This document shows, piece by piece, positions 53,296 through 63,951 of a stretch of 64,000 nt of DNA. A program made the translations under genes and the position numbers. Where the stretch lies: positions 1-64,000 of the forward strand of contig JBGAIN010000023.1 in assembly GCA_044225505.1 (NCBI GenBank), read 5' to 3'. The notes beneath the pieces were generated by a model that did not search any database, was not told where the DNA came from, and saw only the letters and a list, made by a program, of their open reading frames with translations. The stretch comes from Limisphaerales bacterium. Its GTDB lineage: Bacteria > Verrucomicrobiota > Verrucomicrobiia > Limisphaerales > SIBE01. Position 1 is the first letter of the stretch. Every line of letters begins with the position of its first letter.

Positions 53296-53955
53296 TTACT
53301 GGTTGACATTGAACTGACGGGTCCACGTAACCGGCTTAGCCAATTTAACGAACACTGCCTCACCGACGTCGAAGGTAAGGGGCTTATCCCAGTCATCTGA
53401 CAAGTCGTCATAGGTCGCGACCAGATATTTTTGATCCGTCGTGAACTTATAGACTTGATCGCCAGCGGTCAGTCCTTGCGCGGCGGTGTGAGGGAACGAG
53501 AGATCAGCGGGTGTCCCGGCCTGCGGCACCTGCGAACTGACCATCTGCAATCCCGCAACCAAGGCGGTGTTCAGAGTGCCCTGAGGAACTTCACCGACGA
53601 ACGTGATCGTCAACGGAGTCGCTGTCGGGTTCTTAACGAAAACGCCCTGTCCAGGCAGAAGCGTCTTAGGTCCAACCGCTGTGCCGAAGGAGTTGTCCAA
53701 GTCGTCATACGTTCCTACGTCATATCCCTTTCCAGGGGTATAAACATAGATTTGCGTTCCAACTGGAACACCAGCGAACAACGCGTCGATCGTGTTCGTC
53801 GCCGCTTTGAGCGGGTTCGAGATCATCGCGAATCCGCTGGCAGGAATCGTCTTGTTGACGTACCCAACAGCATTAACAGAGAAGACCTGCGCCATGGAGG
53901 TGGCAGCGCCTGCTGCGCCAACGGCAGCTATCAGAAGCAACGTTTTTGTTCTCAT
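53296..53955 (-). CDS. Secreted hypothetical protein (Verrucomicrobia-type, mature N-terminus QVFSVNAVGYVN)
   Basis: Signal peptide ending SMA; two internally similar halves (...G.QIYVY...Y..GTYDDL...GQGVFVK and ...GDQVYKF...Y..ATYDDL...GEAVFVK). Confidence 0.8.
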   Translation of the reverse strand: MRTKTLLLIAAVGAAGAATSMAQVFSVNAVGYVNKTIPASGFAMISNPLKAATNTIDALFAGVPVGTQIYVYTPGKGYDVGTYDDLDNSFGTAVGPKTLLPGQGVFVKNPTATPLTITFVGEVPQGTLNTALVAGLQMVSSQVPQAGTPADLSFPHTAAQGLTAGDQVYKFTTDQKYLVATYDDLSDDWDKPLTFDVGEAVFVKLAKPVTWTRQFNVNQ

Positions 53956-54275
53956 TTTGTTGTTTGTTTATTCCGTGTGTGGCGGCACTTTCTCAAATCG
54001 ACTAGGGGGTGTCAACATTTTTTTGAACAATTTTCCCGCTGCGTTTGTCCACTTCCGCTGCGCCTCCCGCAGCTTTTCTTACCTCCCGATCTTGCCGACT
54101 CCAGCGCTCCTCGTAACGTCAGTTCAACAAAACCAACTGACCTGCTCCGCAACGGGTTACGCTATCTTTGGAGAGAGCGTCCTCGAGTTTCGTTCTAGCC
54201 GCCATCCTTCTCTCTGCCCCGGAACTCACCTTCCCGCCAAGTCCGTGCCTCGTATCCACTCAAAACTTCCAGATT

Positions 54276-55349
54276 TCATGGTAAATCACTGCGCACGATA
54301 ACCTTAAGCGATCCAGGCTGCGGGTGAGCCGCCAGCTGAATGGCCTCCTCCGCCCGCGCCAGCGGAAATTCGTGTGTAACCAACTCACGCACATCAAATT
54401 CGCGTGCGAACACCGTCCTGGCCACTTCCTGTTGTATCGTAATATCTGCAGAGTAGCTCCCGATAAGATCCTTTTCATCGACACAGACCGCCGTCAGATC
54501 CACAGGGCTCTCAGCCGCACGTCGAGTATGAGCAAAAAGCAACACCTTACCCCCAGGCCGAACTAATCGTTGAGCTTCCCTCACGACTCGATCAACCGGA
54601 ACGGCCACGACTACGGCATCCACCCCACGCCCTCCCGTCAGATCAAGCAACTGGCTGGCGAACTGCTCCACTTCGCCTGCGAACGTCCATTGGGCGCCAA
54701 AGCTCCTAGCTTTGTCTAACTTGGCCGGGACCAGGTCACACGCAGCGACACGAGCTTTTCGAAGGGCCAGGAGTTTGGTGAACATCAATCCGATAGGGCC
54801 TACTCCGATGACAAGGACGGTATCGCCTTCGAGCAACGCCAGACGCTGCACGGCTTTTAAGACGGTGTTGACCGGTTCGAGCATGGCACCTTCGAGAAAT
54901 GTGTTCCCATCGGGAATCCGCACGATTCCGCCGAACACGAAGGGCATGACGCGGACGTACTCGGCAAATCCGCCTCCGGAAGGTTCGAATCCAGCGGTGA
55001 TTCCGGTCCGCTTGTATTGCTGACACTGCGCATAGGCGCCGTGGCGACACTCATGGCAAGCTTGGCAGGGCACGTGGTGATGAAGAGCCACCCGCTCTCC
55101 CACTCGGAAGTCACGCACGTTCGCGCCCGTTTGCACGATGGTGCCGGCGGTTTCGTGCCCAAAAATGCGCGGCGGAGGCACCGTGCCGTACTGAATCTTC
55201 TTAATGTCCGTTGGACAGACGCCGCAGACCGCCACTTTGACTAGTATTTCGTCAGGGCCGATCGACGGCACAGGTACAACCTCAAGACGAAGGTCGTTCG
55301 CCCCTCGATACACCAACGCGGACATCTGCTTTGAGACTTGATCGATCAC
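54276..55349 (-). CDS. Zn-dependent alcohol/polyol dehydrogenase (MDR family)
   Basis: CGVCPTD, GHE, CQACHEC...C, GVGPIG. Confidence 0.9.
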   Translation of the reverse strand: MIDQVSKQMSALVYRGANDLRLEVVPVPSIGPDEILVKVAVCGVCPTDIKKIQYGTVPPPRIFGHETAGTIVQTGANVRDFRVGERVALHHHVPCQACHECRHGAYAQCQQYKRTGITAGFEPSGGGFAEYVRVMPFVFGGIVRIPDGNTFLEGAMLEPVNTVLKAVQRLALLEGDTVLVIGVGPIGLMFTKLLALRKARVAACDLVPAKLDKARSFGAQWTFAGEVEQFASQLLDLTGGRGVDAVVVAVPVDRVVREAQRLVRPGGKVLLFAHTRRAAESPVDLTAVCVDEKDLIGSYSADITIQQEVARTVFAREFDVRELVTHEFPLARAEEAIQLAAHPQPGSLKVIVRSDLP

Positions 55350-55460
55350 GATCTAGCCAATAGCGAAAATCCGTCTCCAACGGAAGCGTTGTTCACGCAA
55401 GCGAGAATTCTTTTGCCAGCCTTAGGCGCTTGAGAAAGATTGAGTTCTTAATCGTGCACG

Positions 55461-58400
55461 ATGTCACTTAAAAGCCTCACTTTGATGATGGTCGCCCTGG
55501 GAGCAGGCTGGCTTGCTTGGCATTCGTCTTCCCATGGGGCCACGGTGATGGAACGGCCAGGCGTTCGACTGACCTCGTTGCCAGCTGTGGAAACGAGCCC
55601 GCCGGGGTTCACGTCCATGCCACCGCTCGCCACTGGCATCCTCTTTACTAATTACATCTCCGAGTCGCGTCATCTCACCAATCAGATTCTACTGAATGGT
55701 TCGGGCGTCGCTGTTGGAGATGTGGATGGCGATGGCTGGTGCGATCTCTACTTCTGCAGCATTGACGGTCCAAACCGACTTTATCGAAACCTTGGGAATT
55801 GGCGGTTTGAAGATGTAACCCAAGCCGCTGGCGTGGAGTGCCCAAATCTCGATGCGACCGGAGCGTTGTTCTCTGACTTGGATGGTGATGGCGATCTCGA
55901 TTTGGTCGTGAATTCTGTCGGTGGTGGCACTTGGGTATTTGCGAACGATGGCCGCGGCCATTTTACCCGGACCGCGCAACTGGACGGCCGCAAAGGGGGC
56001 ATGTCCGCAGCGGCCGGAGATTTGGACGGAGACGGTTTCCTGGATCTTTACATTGCCAATTATCGGACGACCGCCCTGATGGATATGCCAAACGCGAGGG
56101 CAACGTTCAAAGTGGTCGATGGAAAGAATACCATTGATCGAGTGAACGGCCGGCCACTCACTGACCCGGCGCTGACCAATCGTTTCATTGTCGGCAGGTT
56201 TGGCTCAGTTGAAGAACTTGGGGAAGCAGATAGCTACTACCGGAATCAGGGCGGGACGAATTTCACGGAGATTGGCTTTACGAGCGGGGCGTTCCTGGAC
56301 GAGGACGGTCACACGTTGACCAGTCCTCCGCTCGATTGGGGGCTCTCCGTGGTTATTCGGGACATCGATGGCGATGGCCAACCGGATCTCTACGTTTGCA
56401 ACGATTTTGAGACACCAGATCGGCTCTGGCTGAATCGGGCAAACGGTCATCTGCAAGCAGCTCCAGCCCTAACGCTGCGCAAGAGCAGCCTCTTCTCCAT
56501 GGGAATCGATTTCGCTGACATCAATCGAGATGGACGCGACGATTTCCTGGTGGCGGACATGCTCAACCGCGATCATCGCTTGCGCCTCACGCAAATGCTG
56601 CCTTTACCGCCGCTTCCGGAAGAAGTGTCAGGAATCACCGGTCGTCCCCAGTATATGGCGAGCACGCTCTTTCTCAACCGCGGGGATGGAACATACGCCG
56701 AGATCGCCGCACTCGCGGGCCTGGAAGCTTTTGATTGGTCTTGGTTGCCGATCTTTCTCGATGTGGATCTGGATGGGTGGGAGGACCTCTTGGTTTCCAC
56801 CGGCCACGAACGGGCTGCTCGCGATCTCGATATTGCCGATCAAATGAAGCTCTTGCGCCGGAACCGACGCAGTCTCTCGGACGCAGAGATCTTTCAGGCT
56901 CGCCGAGCTTTCCCTCGTCTTGCCACAGGCAATTTAGCCTTCCGCAATCGCGGCGACCTGACGTTTGAAGAGGTCGGAAAAGAATGGGGCTTCAATGATC
57001 GCAGCGTTTCTCAAGGAATGGCCCTGGCTGACCTGGACAACGACGGCGACCTGGATGTCGTGGTCAACAAATCCAACGCCGCCGCCGGCATTTACCGAAA
57101 TAACTGCGCTGCTCCCCGCCTCGCCGTCCGCCTCATCGGGTTGTCGCCGAACACGGCTGGGATCGGCGCCCGGATTACCGTCCAAGGCGCTGGCCTGCCA
57201 ATGCAAAGCCAGGAGATGGTCAGCGGCGGGCGCTATCTTTCGTGTGACCAGGCCATGCGCGTGTTTGCCGCAGGATCTGCCACAAACGTCTTAAGAGTCG
57301 ACGTGCGCTGGCGTAACGGCAAGCACACGATTGTTCCGCAGGCGAAGCCAAACTCATTGTGCGAGGTCAATGAAAAGGCGGCTCAGGAATCGAGCCTACT
57401 TTCCCCGACGACCCCGCGTCGCTCTGAGCCACCCGCGAGTCCGGGGTTCCAAGATCTCAGCGCTGCGCTCCATCATGTGCATCAGGATCCGACGTTTAAT
57501 GACTACGCCCGCCAGCCGTTAATCCCTTACCGGCTCAGTCAATTGGGACCCGGGGTAACATGGTTTGACGTCAATCGCGATGGCTGGGAAGACGTGGTTT
57601 TGCCCAGCGGCAAAGGAGGGCGATTGGCGATCTATACGAACAATACGCATGGTGGGTTCGGTGCTTTAACATTGCCCATATTGGCCGCCCCGATAGCCCG
57701 GGATCAAACGACCGTTATGGCCTGGGAGAGCGACGCTACGAACATCACGCTCCTGGCCGGATCAGCGATCTACGAAGACGCGACCTCAGCTGGCCCTGCG
57801 CTTCGCATCTATGAGCTGAGTTCAGGCGCTGTCACAGAAAATTTCCCGGCTTCACCTTCGAGCACAGGCCCGCTCGCCCTCGCGGATGTCAATGGGGACG
57901 GACAACTTGATCTCTTTGTCGGCGGTCGGAGCGTGCCAGGAAAGTACCCAGCCGCCAGCTCGAGCGGCCTTTACCTCTTCCAACAAGGCCGGTTTGAATT
58001 GGACGCACGGAACGCCATGATCCTCACTAACCTTGGGATGGTAAGCGGCGCTGTTTTTAGCGATCTCGACAATGACGGCGATGCCGATCTCGTCCTGGCA
58101 TGTGAGTGGGGCCCAATCCGAGTGCTCGGGAATGAGCATGGCGTTTTTTCCGACCGCACCGACGCGCTCGGCCTCGGACGCTGGACAGGTTGGTGGAATG
58201 GAGTAAGCACGGGGGATTTTGACGGGGATGGCCGGCTGGATATCGTCGCGTCGAATTGGGGTCGCAACACGAAGTATCAGAGCTACCGGGCCGAACCTCT
58301 GCAAGTTTACTATGGCGACTTTGACGGCGATGGCACAGCCGATCTCATCGAGGCTCATTACGACGCCAGCCTGAAGAAGGTTGTTCCCGACCGACCTCTG

Positions 58401-59207
58401 GGCCCGATGGCTCAAGCGATGCCATTCTTGCGCGGACGATTCGCCACCCATCGCGCTTACGCCGAGGCCAGCGTGGCGGAGTTGCTCGGGGATTTTTCCA
58501 ATTCGGCGAAATCCTGGTCTGCCGCTTGCCTTGAATCGATGGTGTTTCTTAACCGTGGGGATCATTTCGAAGCGCACGCCCTGCCGGTAGAGGCGCAAAT
58601 GGCTCCGGCCTTTGGCGTGAGTATTGGGGACCTTGACGGGGATGGTTACGAGGATGTTTTGCTCAGCCAAAACATCTTCGCGGTCCAGCCAGAGACACCA
58701 CGTTGCGATGCAGGGCTCGGGTTGTGGCTCCGCGGAGACGGTCGCGGTGGATTCTCGACCGTGTCCAGCCAGGAGTCTGGCATTCGAATTTTCGGGGAGC
58801 AACGAGGCGCCGCTCTGTGCGACTTTGATCACGATGGCAAAGTCGACTTGCTCGTGGCCCAAAACGCCGCGGAGACGAAGCTCTACCGTAATTTGCGCGC
58901 ACGTCCGGGACTGCGCGTGCGGCTTAAAGGGAGCCAGGGCAACATGCAGGGCGTCGGCGCAACGCTCCGGCTGGTTGAAGGAAACCGGGTCGGTCCTGCG
59001 CGAGAGATTCATGCGGGCGCTGGGTACTGGTCGCAAGACGCCGCGTGTCAGGTCATGAACTTGGACGCTACCCCCACCGGCCTTCTGGTGCGGTGGCCCG
59101 GCGGGAAGGAAACCCGGTCCGTCCTTCCGGGTGGGGCCCGAGAGGTGATGGTAGATATGGAAGGCCGCGTCGAAGTTGTGAGTCGCTCTGGAGCGTCGTC
59201 GCGGTAA
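55461..59207 (+). CDS. FG-GAP/VCBS-repeat protein with two ASPIC/UnbV domains (CRTAC1-like)
   Basis: Many DxDGDGxxDL repeats; two 'GIGAR/GVGAT...V.W' ASPIC-like segments; signal peptide. Confidence 0.9.
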   Translation: MSLKSLTLMMVALGAGWLAWHSSSHGATVMERPGVRLTSLPAVETSPPGFTSMPPLATGILFTNYISESRHLTNQILLNGSGVAVGDVDGDGWCDLYFCSIDGPNRLYRNLGNWRFEDVTQAAGVECPNLDATGALFSDLDGDGDLDLVVNSVGGGTWVFANDGRGHFTRTAQLDGRKGGMSAAAGDLDGDGFLDLYIANYRTTALMDMPNARATFKVVDGKNTIDRVNGRPLTDPALTNRFIVGRFGSVEELGEADSYYRNQGGTNFTEIGFTSGAFLDEDGHTLTSPPLDWGLSVVIRDIDGDGQPDLYVCNDFETPDRLWLNRANGHLQAAPALTLRKSSLFSMGIDFADINRDGRDDFLVADMLNRDHRLRLTQMLPLPPLPEEVSGITGRPQYMASTLFLNRGDGTYAEIAALAGLEAFDWSWLPIFLDVDLDGWEDLLVSTGHERAARDLDIADQMKLLRRNRRSLSDAEIFQARRAFPRLATGNLAFRNRGDLTFEEVGKEWGFNDRSVSQGMALADLDNDGDLDVVVNKSNAAAGIYRNNCAAPRLAVRLIGLSPNTAGIGARITVQGAGLPMQSQEMVSGGRYLSCDQAMRVFAAGSATNVLRVDVRWRNGKHTIVPQAKPNSLCEVNEKAAQESSLLSPTTPRRSEPPASPGFQDLSAALHHVHQDPTFNDYARQPLIPYRLSQLGPGVTWFDVNRDGWEDVVLPSGKGGRLAIYTNNTHGGFGALTLPILAAPIARDQTTVMAWESDATNITLLAGSAIYEDATSAGPALRIYELSSGAVTENFPASPSSTGPLALADVNGDGQLDLFVGGRSVPGKYPAASSSGLYLFQQGRFELDARNAMILTNLGMVSGAVFSDLDNDGDADLVLACEWGPIRVLGNEHGVFSDRTDALGLGRWTGWWNGVSTGDFDGDGRLDIVASNWGRNTKYQSYRAEPLQVYYGDFDGDGTADLIEAHYDASLKKVVPDRPLGPMAQAMPFLRGRFATHRAYAEASVAELLGDFSNSAKSWSAACLESMVFLNRGDHFEAHALPVEAQMAPAFGVSIGDLDGDGYEDVLLSQNIFAVQPETPRCDAGLGLWLRGDGRGGFSTVSSQESGIRIFGEQRGAALCDFDHDGKVDLLVAQNAAETKLYRNLRARPGLRVRLKGSQGNMQGVGATLRLVEGNRVGPAREIHAGAGYWSQDAACQVMNLDATPTGLLVRWPGGKETRSVLPGGAREVMVDMEGRVEVVSRSGASSR

Positions 59208-59302
59208 GTGCGTGTGCGAGTCGCACACCCCGGCGGTGGCCTTAGCGCTGGTCGCCCCCCACGAATTCCGACAGGCATCCCAGCATTGGACGCAAGCCCG
59301 CG

Positions 59303-59331
59303 TTGAACCCAAACCGATCTGCCTCTATAAC
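59303..59331 (+). promoter_or_regulatory. sigma70-like promoter, leaderless
   Basis: TTGAAC-17 nt-TATAAC-6 nt-ATG(59338). Confidence 0.55.
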
Positions 59332-59337
59332 TCAACC

Positions 59338-60219
59338 ATGAATCGACGCACTTTTATTCGAACGACCGTCGCCAGCGCCGCGTCTTTGGCGACGCTTTCT
59401 CTTCCTTCCACCAGCACCGCGGCGCCTGTCGATTGGCCGATAGGGTGCTTTAATCGAGCTTGGACTAAATGGAGCTACGACGATGCTCTCGATGGAATTC
59501 AAGCCGCTGGCTACAAGCTGACCGGTTTGCTCACCGGGCAACGCGGCGAAGCTTTCACTTCCCCGACGGCCACCCCAGAATATCTGGACAGCCTCAAGAA
59601 GCGAGTGGCCCAGCGAGGCCTGACACTAAATATGACGACCATCCAGTTTCGTCCGGATGGCTTGCTGGACGACAACCTGGCGAACGTGCGCAAGCAGATC
59701 GAAAACGCCGCCCGTCTAGAACTCAAGTTCATGCTTACCTTCGGCGTCGACAAACCAACGCAATACGACAACTTCTACCGCCTCATGGCGGCCGCGGCTG
59801 CTGAAGGGGACAAGCACGGCTTGCGAATTGTCCTTAAACCGCACGGGGGCGGGAGCGGGGCTTCCGAAGAGATCTTGCGTTGCCTCGAGAAGGTGGCGCA
59901 TCCCAATTTCAAGATTTGGTACGATGCGGGTAACATTATCTATTACACCGGCAAAGACCCTGTCGCCGAGCTGGAGCCCATCGTCCGTTCCGTGACCGGA
60001 TTCTGCGCCAAAGATTGTCCCGGGCCGAAAGGTGAAGTGATGTCGCAATTCGGCACGGGCAAGGTCGACTTCAAGGGGGTCTTCGCGAAATTGAAGTCTG
60101 CTGCTTTTCAAGGCCCGATCATGGTGGAAGGAATCAAAGTGGGTTCCACCCCGCAAGAGACGACGGCCAACGCGCGGGCGAACAGAGAATATCTGGAAAA
60201 GGTCTTGGCCTCGCTCTAA
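59338..60219 (+). CDS. Tat-exported sugar-phosphate isomerase/epimerase (xylose-isomerase-like TIM barrel)
   Basis: MNRRTFI Tat motif, LKPHGG, YDAGN, CAKD, FGTGKVDF, IMVE. Confidence 0.85.
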   Translation: MNRRTFIRTTVASAASLATLSLPSTSTAAPVDWPIGCFNRAWTKWSYDDALDGIQAAGYKLTGLLTGQRGEAFTSPTATPEYLDSLKKRVAQRGLTLNMTTIQFRPDGLLDDNLANVRKQIENAARLELKFMLTFGVDKPTQYDNFYRLMAAAAAEGDKHGLRIVLKPHGGGSGASEEILRCLEKVAHPNFKIWYDAGNIIYYTGKDPVAELEPIVRSVTGFCAKDCPGPKGEVMSQFGTGKVDFKGVFAKLKSAAFQGPIMVEGIKVGSTPQETTANARANREYLEKVLASL

Positions 60220-60256
60220 CTCCGCCCAAAAGACCTGCTTCCTTCTCCAGGAAATT

Positions 60257-60284
60257 GAGAACGGTCTGTCATCAGACCGTTCTC
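60257..60284. terminator. Perfect 12-bp hairpin between convergent genes
   Basis: GAGAACGGTCTG-TCAT-CAGACCGTTCTC. Confidence 0.5.
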
Positions 60285-60356
60285 CTGCCGACCGCAATTC
60301 CTTTGAGGGTGAACCTACTGCGGATCCTAAGCCCGCCGCATTGGCCGTTGGGTTTC

Positions 60357-60818
60357 TTATCGCCAGTGACCACGCATATAAACGTAGCCATGTGGACGAT
60401 GCACCCAGCGCGGCGCCACCCAAACCGCACGCGGGCGTGGGCGCACTGTCCATGCCCCGCTCACCCAGACCCAGTTGCCATTCCAGCTCCAATACCCTGG
60501 GACCCAAACATAGCCAGGCCCCGGCATGACAGGCACGATTTCGACTTGCGGCGGCGGGGGTGCTTGCGACACGACAACCTGAGCCGGCGCGGGTGGTGGT
60601 GCCGTCGAGATCGGGGGCTGTCCTGGCCCTGGGTTCACTGTGACCAAAGGCTGCGCCTGAGTGGGCGGCTGGTTGGGATAGACATACACAGGCTGTGGCG
60701 CATAGACCGGAGCGGGCTGATAACGCGGCACGTAAACGGTTCGCCTCTCGACACACCCTGCCGTGCCCAGCGCCGCCAGACCCAAAAGTGCCATCCACGA
60801 AAGTCTTAGAGTTTTCAT
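60357..60818 (-). CDS. YXWGXW-repeat Pro-rich lipoprotein
   Basis: Lipobox TAGC; PPPPQVE...PGPGYVWVPGYWSWNGNWVWVSGAW, VWVAPRW...GHWR. Confidence 0.85.
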   Translation of the reverse strand: MKTLRLSWMALLGLAALGTAGCVERRTVYVPRYQPAPVYAPQPVYVYPNQPPTQAQPLVTVNPGPGQPPISTAPPPAPAQVVVSQAPPPPQVEIVPVMPGPGYVWVPGYWSWNGNWVWVSGAWTVRPRPRAVWVAPRWVHRPHGYVYMRGHWR

Positions 60819-60960
60819 ACTTCGATCGTGCTCTATTGGACGTTTCCTACACGTCCCACCTTCAACCGACGGAAACCGCGTCTGACACGAGGTTAATTCT
60901 CGTCGCGGATGAACCGCTCGCCTATAGTTACCGACAGACACTCTAGGAATCGAAAGACCT

Positions 60961-63159
60961 ATGCCCTTTTCAAAACCATCCCCCGTTTTAGTGAGGCTCA
61001 GCTCCACGTTGCTCAGCGCATTCTTTCTGTTCTCCTTGGCGAACCGCGCAGACGCAGCGGAGAACATCGTCATCGCGGATTTTGAAGGTCCAGACTACGG
61101 CCGTTGGAAGGCGACCGGAGACGCGTTCGGTTTTGGCCCGGCTCGCGGCGCGTTGCCGAATCAGATGCAAGTGGACGGCTTCTACGGCAGCGGATTCGTC
61201 AATTCCTACCACAAGGGAGACGATGCGACCGGGACTTTGACGTCCGCTCCCTTTCGTCTCGAGCGTCGTTACCTTCGATTCCTCATCGGAGGTGGCGGGT
61301 TCGAAGGAAAGACCTGCATGAATCTGCTCTTGGACGGCAAGGTGGTGCGGACGGCGACGGGTCCAAACAAACAGCCGGGGGGAAGCGAACACTTGGATTG
61401 GGCTCAATGGGAGGTGGGCGAGTTTTCCGGACAATCCGCCGTCATTGAGATTGTGGACAACGCGAAAGGGAGCTGGGGTCACGTCAACGTGGATCAAATC
61501 GTCCAGACCGATCAACCGCTCCCTGCCTGGATCTCGAACGTGACGCGCGAGTTGAATGTCACTACACGTTACTTGAATTTACCGGTCAAGAACGGCGCGC
61601 CCAAGCGGCTGCTGACGCTACGATCCAAAGCGGACGGCAAACTATTGCGCCAATTCGATATCGAACTGGCTGACCAGGCACCGGACTGGTGGGCAGTGGT
61701 CGATGTGCAAGCATTTCGCGATCAATCAATCCTTATCCAGGTCGACAAATTGCGCGAGGACTCTTCAGCGCTCCAGCAGATCGAAGCCTCGAACGAGATT
61801 CGAAGCGGCCAAGCGCTCTATCAAGAGGCGTTGCGACCCCAGTTCCACTTCACGTCACAGCGGGGCTGGAACAATGATCCTAACGGCCTGGTGTTTTACA
61901 AAGGGGAATATCATCTGTTCTACCAACACAATCCCTACGGATGGAACTGGGGCAATATGCACTGGGGCCACGCGGTCAGCCCGGATCTCGTTCATTGGCG
62001 AGAGTTAGGCGACGCGCTCTACCCAGACGCCCTCGGCACCATGTTTTCAGGGTCTGCGGTGGTGGACTGGCCCAACTCGGCCGGCTTCGCCCGGGAGAAC
62101 GACGAGGCCATCGTTTGTTTCTACACCGCCGCGGGCGGAACAAGCCCGCAAAGCCAAGGCGCACGATTTACCCAATGCCTCGCTTACAGCGTCGATCGCG
62201 GACGCACTTGGACAAAATACGCCCAGAACCCCGTTGTGCCGCACCTGCAGGCCGAGAACCGGGATCCCAAAGTGCTTTGGTATGCCCCAGAGAAAAAGTG
62301 GGTCATGGCGCTCTACCTCGACGGTAACGACTTTGCATTATTCTCCTCAACCAACCTGAAATCCTGGGAACGCCTCAGCACCGTCAAAGTGCCCGGCACG
62401 AGCGAATGCCCCGAGTTCTTCGAGATCGCGGTGGACCAAAATCCCCAACAGCACCGCTGGGTTTTCTACGGAGGAAACGGACGCTACTTAATCGGGAGAT
62501 TTGATGGTAAAACCTTCACTCCCGAATCCGGTCCTCATGACCTCAACTACGGGAACTGTTTCTACGCCTCTCAAACTTACAGCGACCTGCCCGCCAGCGA
62601 CGGACGCCGCATTCTTGTGCCCTGGGGCCAAGTGAGCCTCCCTGGAATGCCGTTCAATCAAATGATCGGGTTGCCTGTGGAATTGACCTTGCGCACCACA
62701 GAGCAAGGCTTGCGCTTGCACGCCGTCCCAGTGAAAGAACTGGCGTCCTTACGCAAACGCTCCCAATCTTTCGACGCCCAACCGCTCGTCCCGGGCCAGA
62801 ACCCGCTGAGCAGCTTTCGCGCGCCCCTTCTCGATCTGGAGGCCACGGTCGCCCTCGGCGATGCCCAAGAGGTCGGATTCAACCTGCACGGAATCGCGAT
62901 CCATTACGATGTTGCCAAGCAAGAACTGGCTTGCGCCCAGAAAAAGGCATTACTCAAGCCGGACGGGGGAAAGATCCAATTGCGGCTCCTGGTCGATCGC
63001 GCCTCGATTGACATCTTCGGCAACGACGGTCGGCTTTATATGCCCATGGGGATGGTCGTGCCGCAAGAAAATCCAAACCTCGAAATCTACGCGCGAGGTG
63101 GCACGGCTCAGATCCGGTCGTTGACCCTGCACGAACTGGGCTCGGCCTGGTCCGAGTAG
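60961..63159 (+). CDS. Glycoside hydrolase family 32 (levanase / beta-fructosidase) with extra N-terminal domains
   Basis: WNNDPNG, HLFYQHNP, WGHAVS, FSGS, RDP, ECP. Confidence 0.93.
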   Translation: MPFSKPSPVLVRLSSTLLSAFFLFSLANRADAAENIVIADFEGPDYGRWKATGDAFGFGPARGALPNQMQVDGFYGSGFVNSYHKGDDATGTLTSAPFRLERRYLRFLIGGGGFEGKTCMNLLLDGKVVRTATGPNKQPGGSEHLDWAQWEVGEFSGQSAVIEIVDNAKGSWGHVNVDQIVQTDQPLPAWISNVTRELNVTTRYLNLPVKNGAPKRLLTLRSKADGKLLRQFDIELADQAPDWWAVVDVQAFRDQSILIQVDKLREDSSALQQIEASNEIRSGQALYQEALRPQFHFTSQRGWNNDPNGLVFYKGEYHLFYQHNPYGWNWGNMHWGHAVSPDLVHWRELGDALYPDALGTMFSGSAVVDWPNSAGFARENDEAIVCFYTAAGGTSPQSQGARFTQCLAYSVDRGRTWTKYAQNPVVPHLQAENRDPKVLWYAPEKKWVMALYLDGNDFALFSSTNLKSWERLSTVKVPGTSECPEFFEIAVDQNPQQHRWVFYGGNGRYLIGRFDGKTFTPESGPHDLNYGNCFYASQTYSDLPASDGRRILVPWGQVSLPGMPFNQMIGLPVELTLRTTEQGLRLHAVPVKELASLRKRSQSFDAQPLVPGQNPLSSFRAPLLDLEATVALGDAQEVGFNLHGIAIHYDVAKQELACAQKKALLKPDGGKIQLRLLVDRASIDIFGNDGRLYMPMGMVVPQENPNLEIYARGGTAQIRSLTLHELGSAWSE

Positions 63160-63189
63160 TCGAGAGGGCCGCCCCGATTCAACAGAGGA

Positions 63190-63951
63190 TTATCCTCTCG
63201 TCGCAAACGTTTTCCGGAACGCTTCGTGGTTGCGAATTAATCGCAACCCGGACGTGAGGAGCGTCTTGCCCGGTTCCATCCTGTGCCAGGGCGACGCCCC
63301 CGAGGGGTGCGGAAGTGGGACGACGTCGAGCATTTGGCCTCGATAGCTCACCGTGAACAACTTTCCAACAATCGCGTCCAATCGCGCCGCGGAAAGAAAT
63401 CGTTCTACAGCCAGTCGCCCCACCGTGATGACCAGCGACGGCTGGAGCATTTGGATCTCCTCATCGAGCCACGGAGCGCAATTCTGTATTTCCTCCGGCG
63501 TGGGGACGCGGTCGCCCCCAGTGGGCTTCTTGCCCGGGAAACAACGACAGACCGCGGCCATGTAGATAGAAGCGCGGAATTGCGCTTCCGTAACGCCACA
63601 GGACTGTTCAAACCACTGAAAAAGGGTTTTCCCCGCCGTCCAGGCGAAGGGCCGGCCTAAGACCGGTTCTTTGTCCCCGGGCGCTTGGCCAACCAGGATG
63701 ATTTTGCTGACCACAGGGCCTCCTGAGACCACGGGAGGCTGCATGTAGGGACAACGACGACAAGAGCGCAACGCGGCGACGTGCGCATTTAACCGGGTCT
63801 GGATGGGTTGTCGCTTGGGCTGAGCCACGAGAGAGTAAACTCCCTTCTGTGCAGCGCGCCAAGCGGCAATTGTCTGGAGAGTCCCGGTGAAGGCGAACAA
63901 TGCAGCACCCGTCTTTTTCCCATCACGAAACCACGCTGACCCGCTCTCCAT
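63190..63951 (-). CDS. Uracil-DNA glycosylase superfamily protein (family 4/5-like)
   Basis: CRRCP, VGQAPG, GRPFAWTAG, VCRCFPG, LPHPSGAS. The true start is probably GTG at 63828. Confidence 0.88.
   Translation of the reverse strand: MESGSAWFRDGKKTGAALFAFTGTLQTIAAWRAAQKGVYSLVAQPKRQPIQTRLNAHVAALRSCRRCPYMQPPVVSGGPVVSKIILVGQAPGDKEPVLGRPFAWTAGKTLFQWFEQSCGVTEAQFRASIYMAAVCRCFPGKKPTGGDRVPTPEEIQNCAPWLDEEIQMLQPSLVITVGRLAVERFLSAARLDAIVGKLFTVSYRGQMLDVVPLPHPSGASPWHRMEPGKTLLTSGLRLIRNHEAFRKTFATRG

Noticed and set aside
57852..59312. Long antisense ORFs (also 3084-4250, 59716-60798, 40149-41018)
   Set aside because: These are shadow frames opposite well-supported genes in GC-rich DNA.
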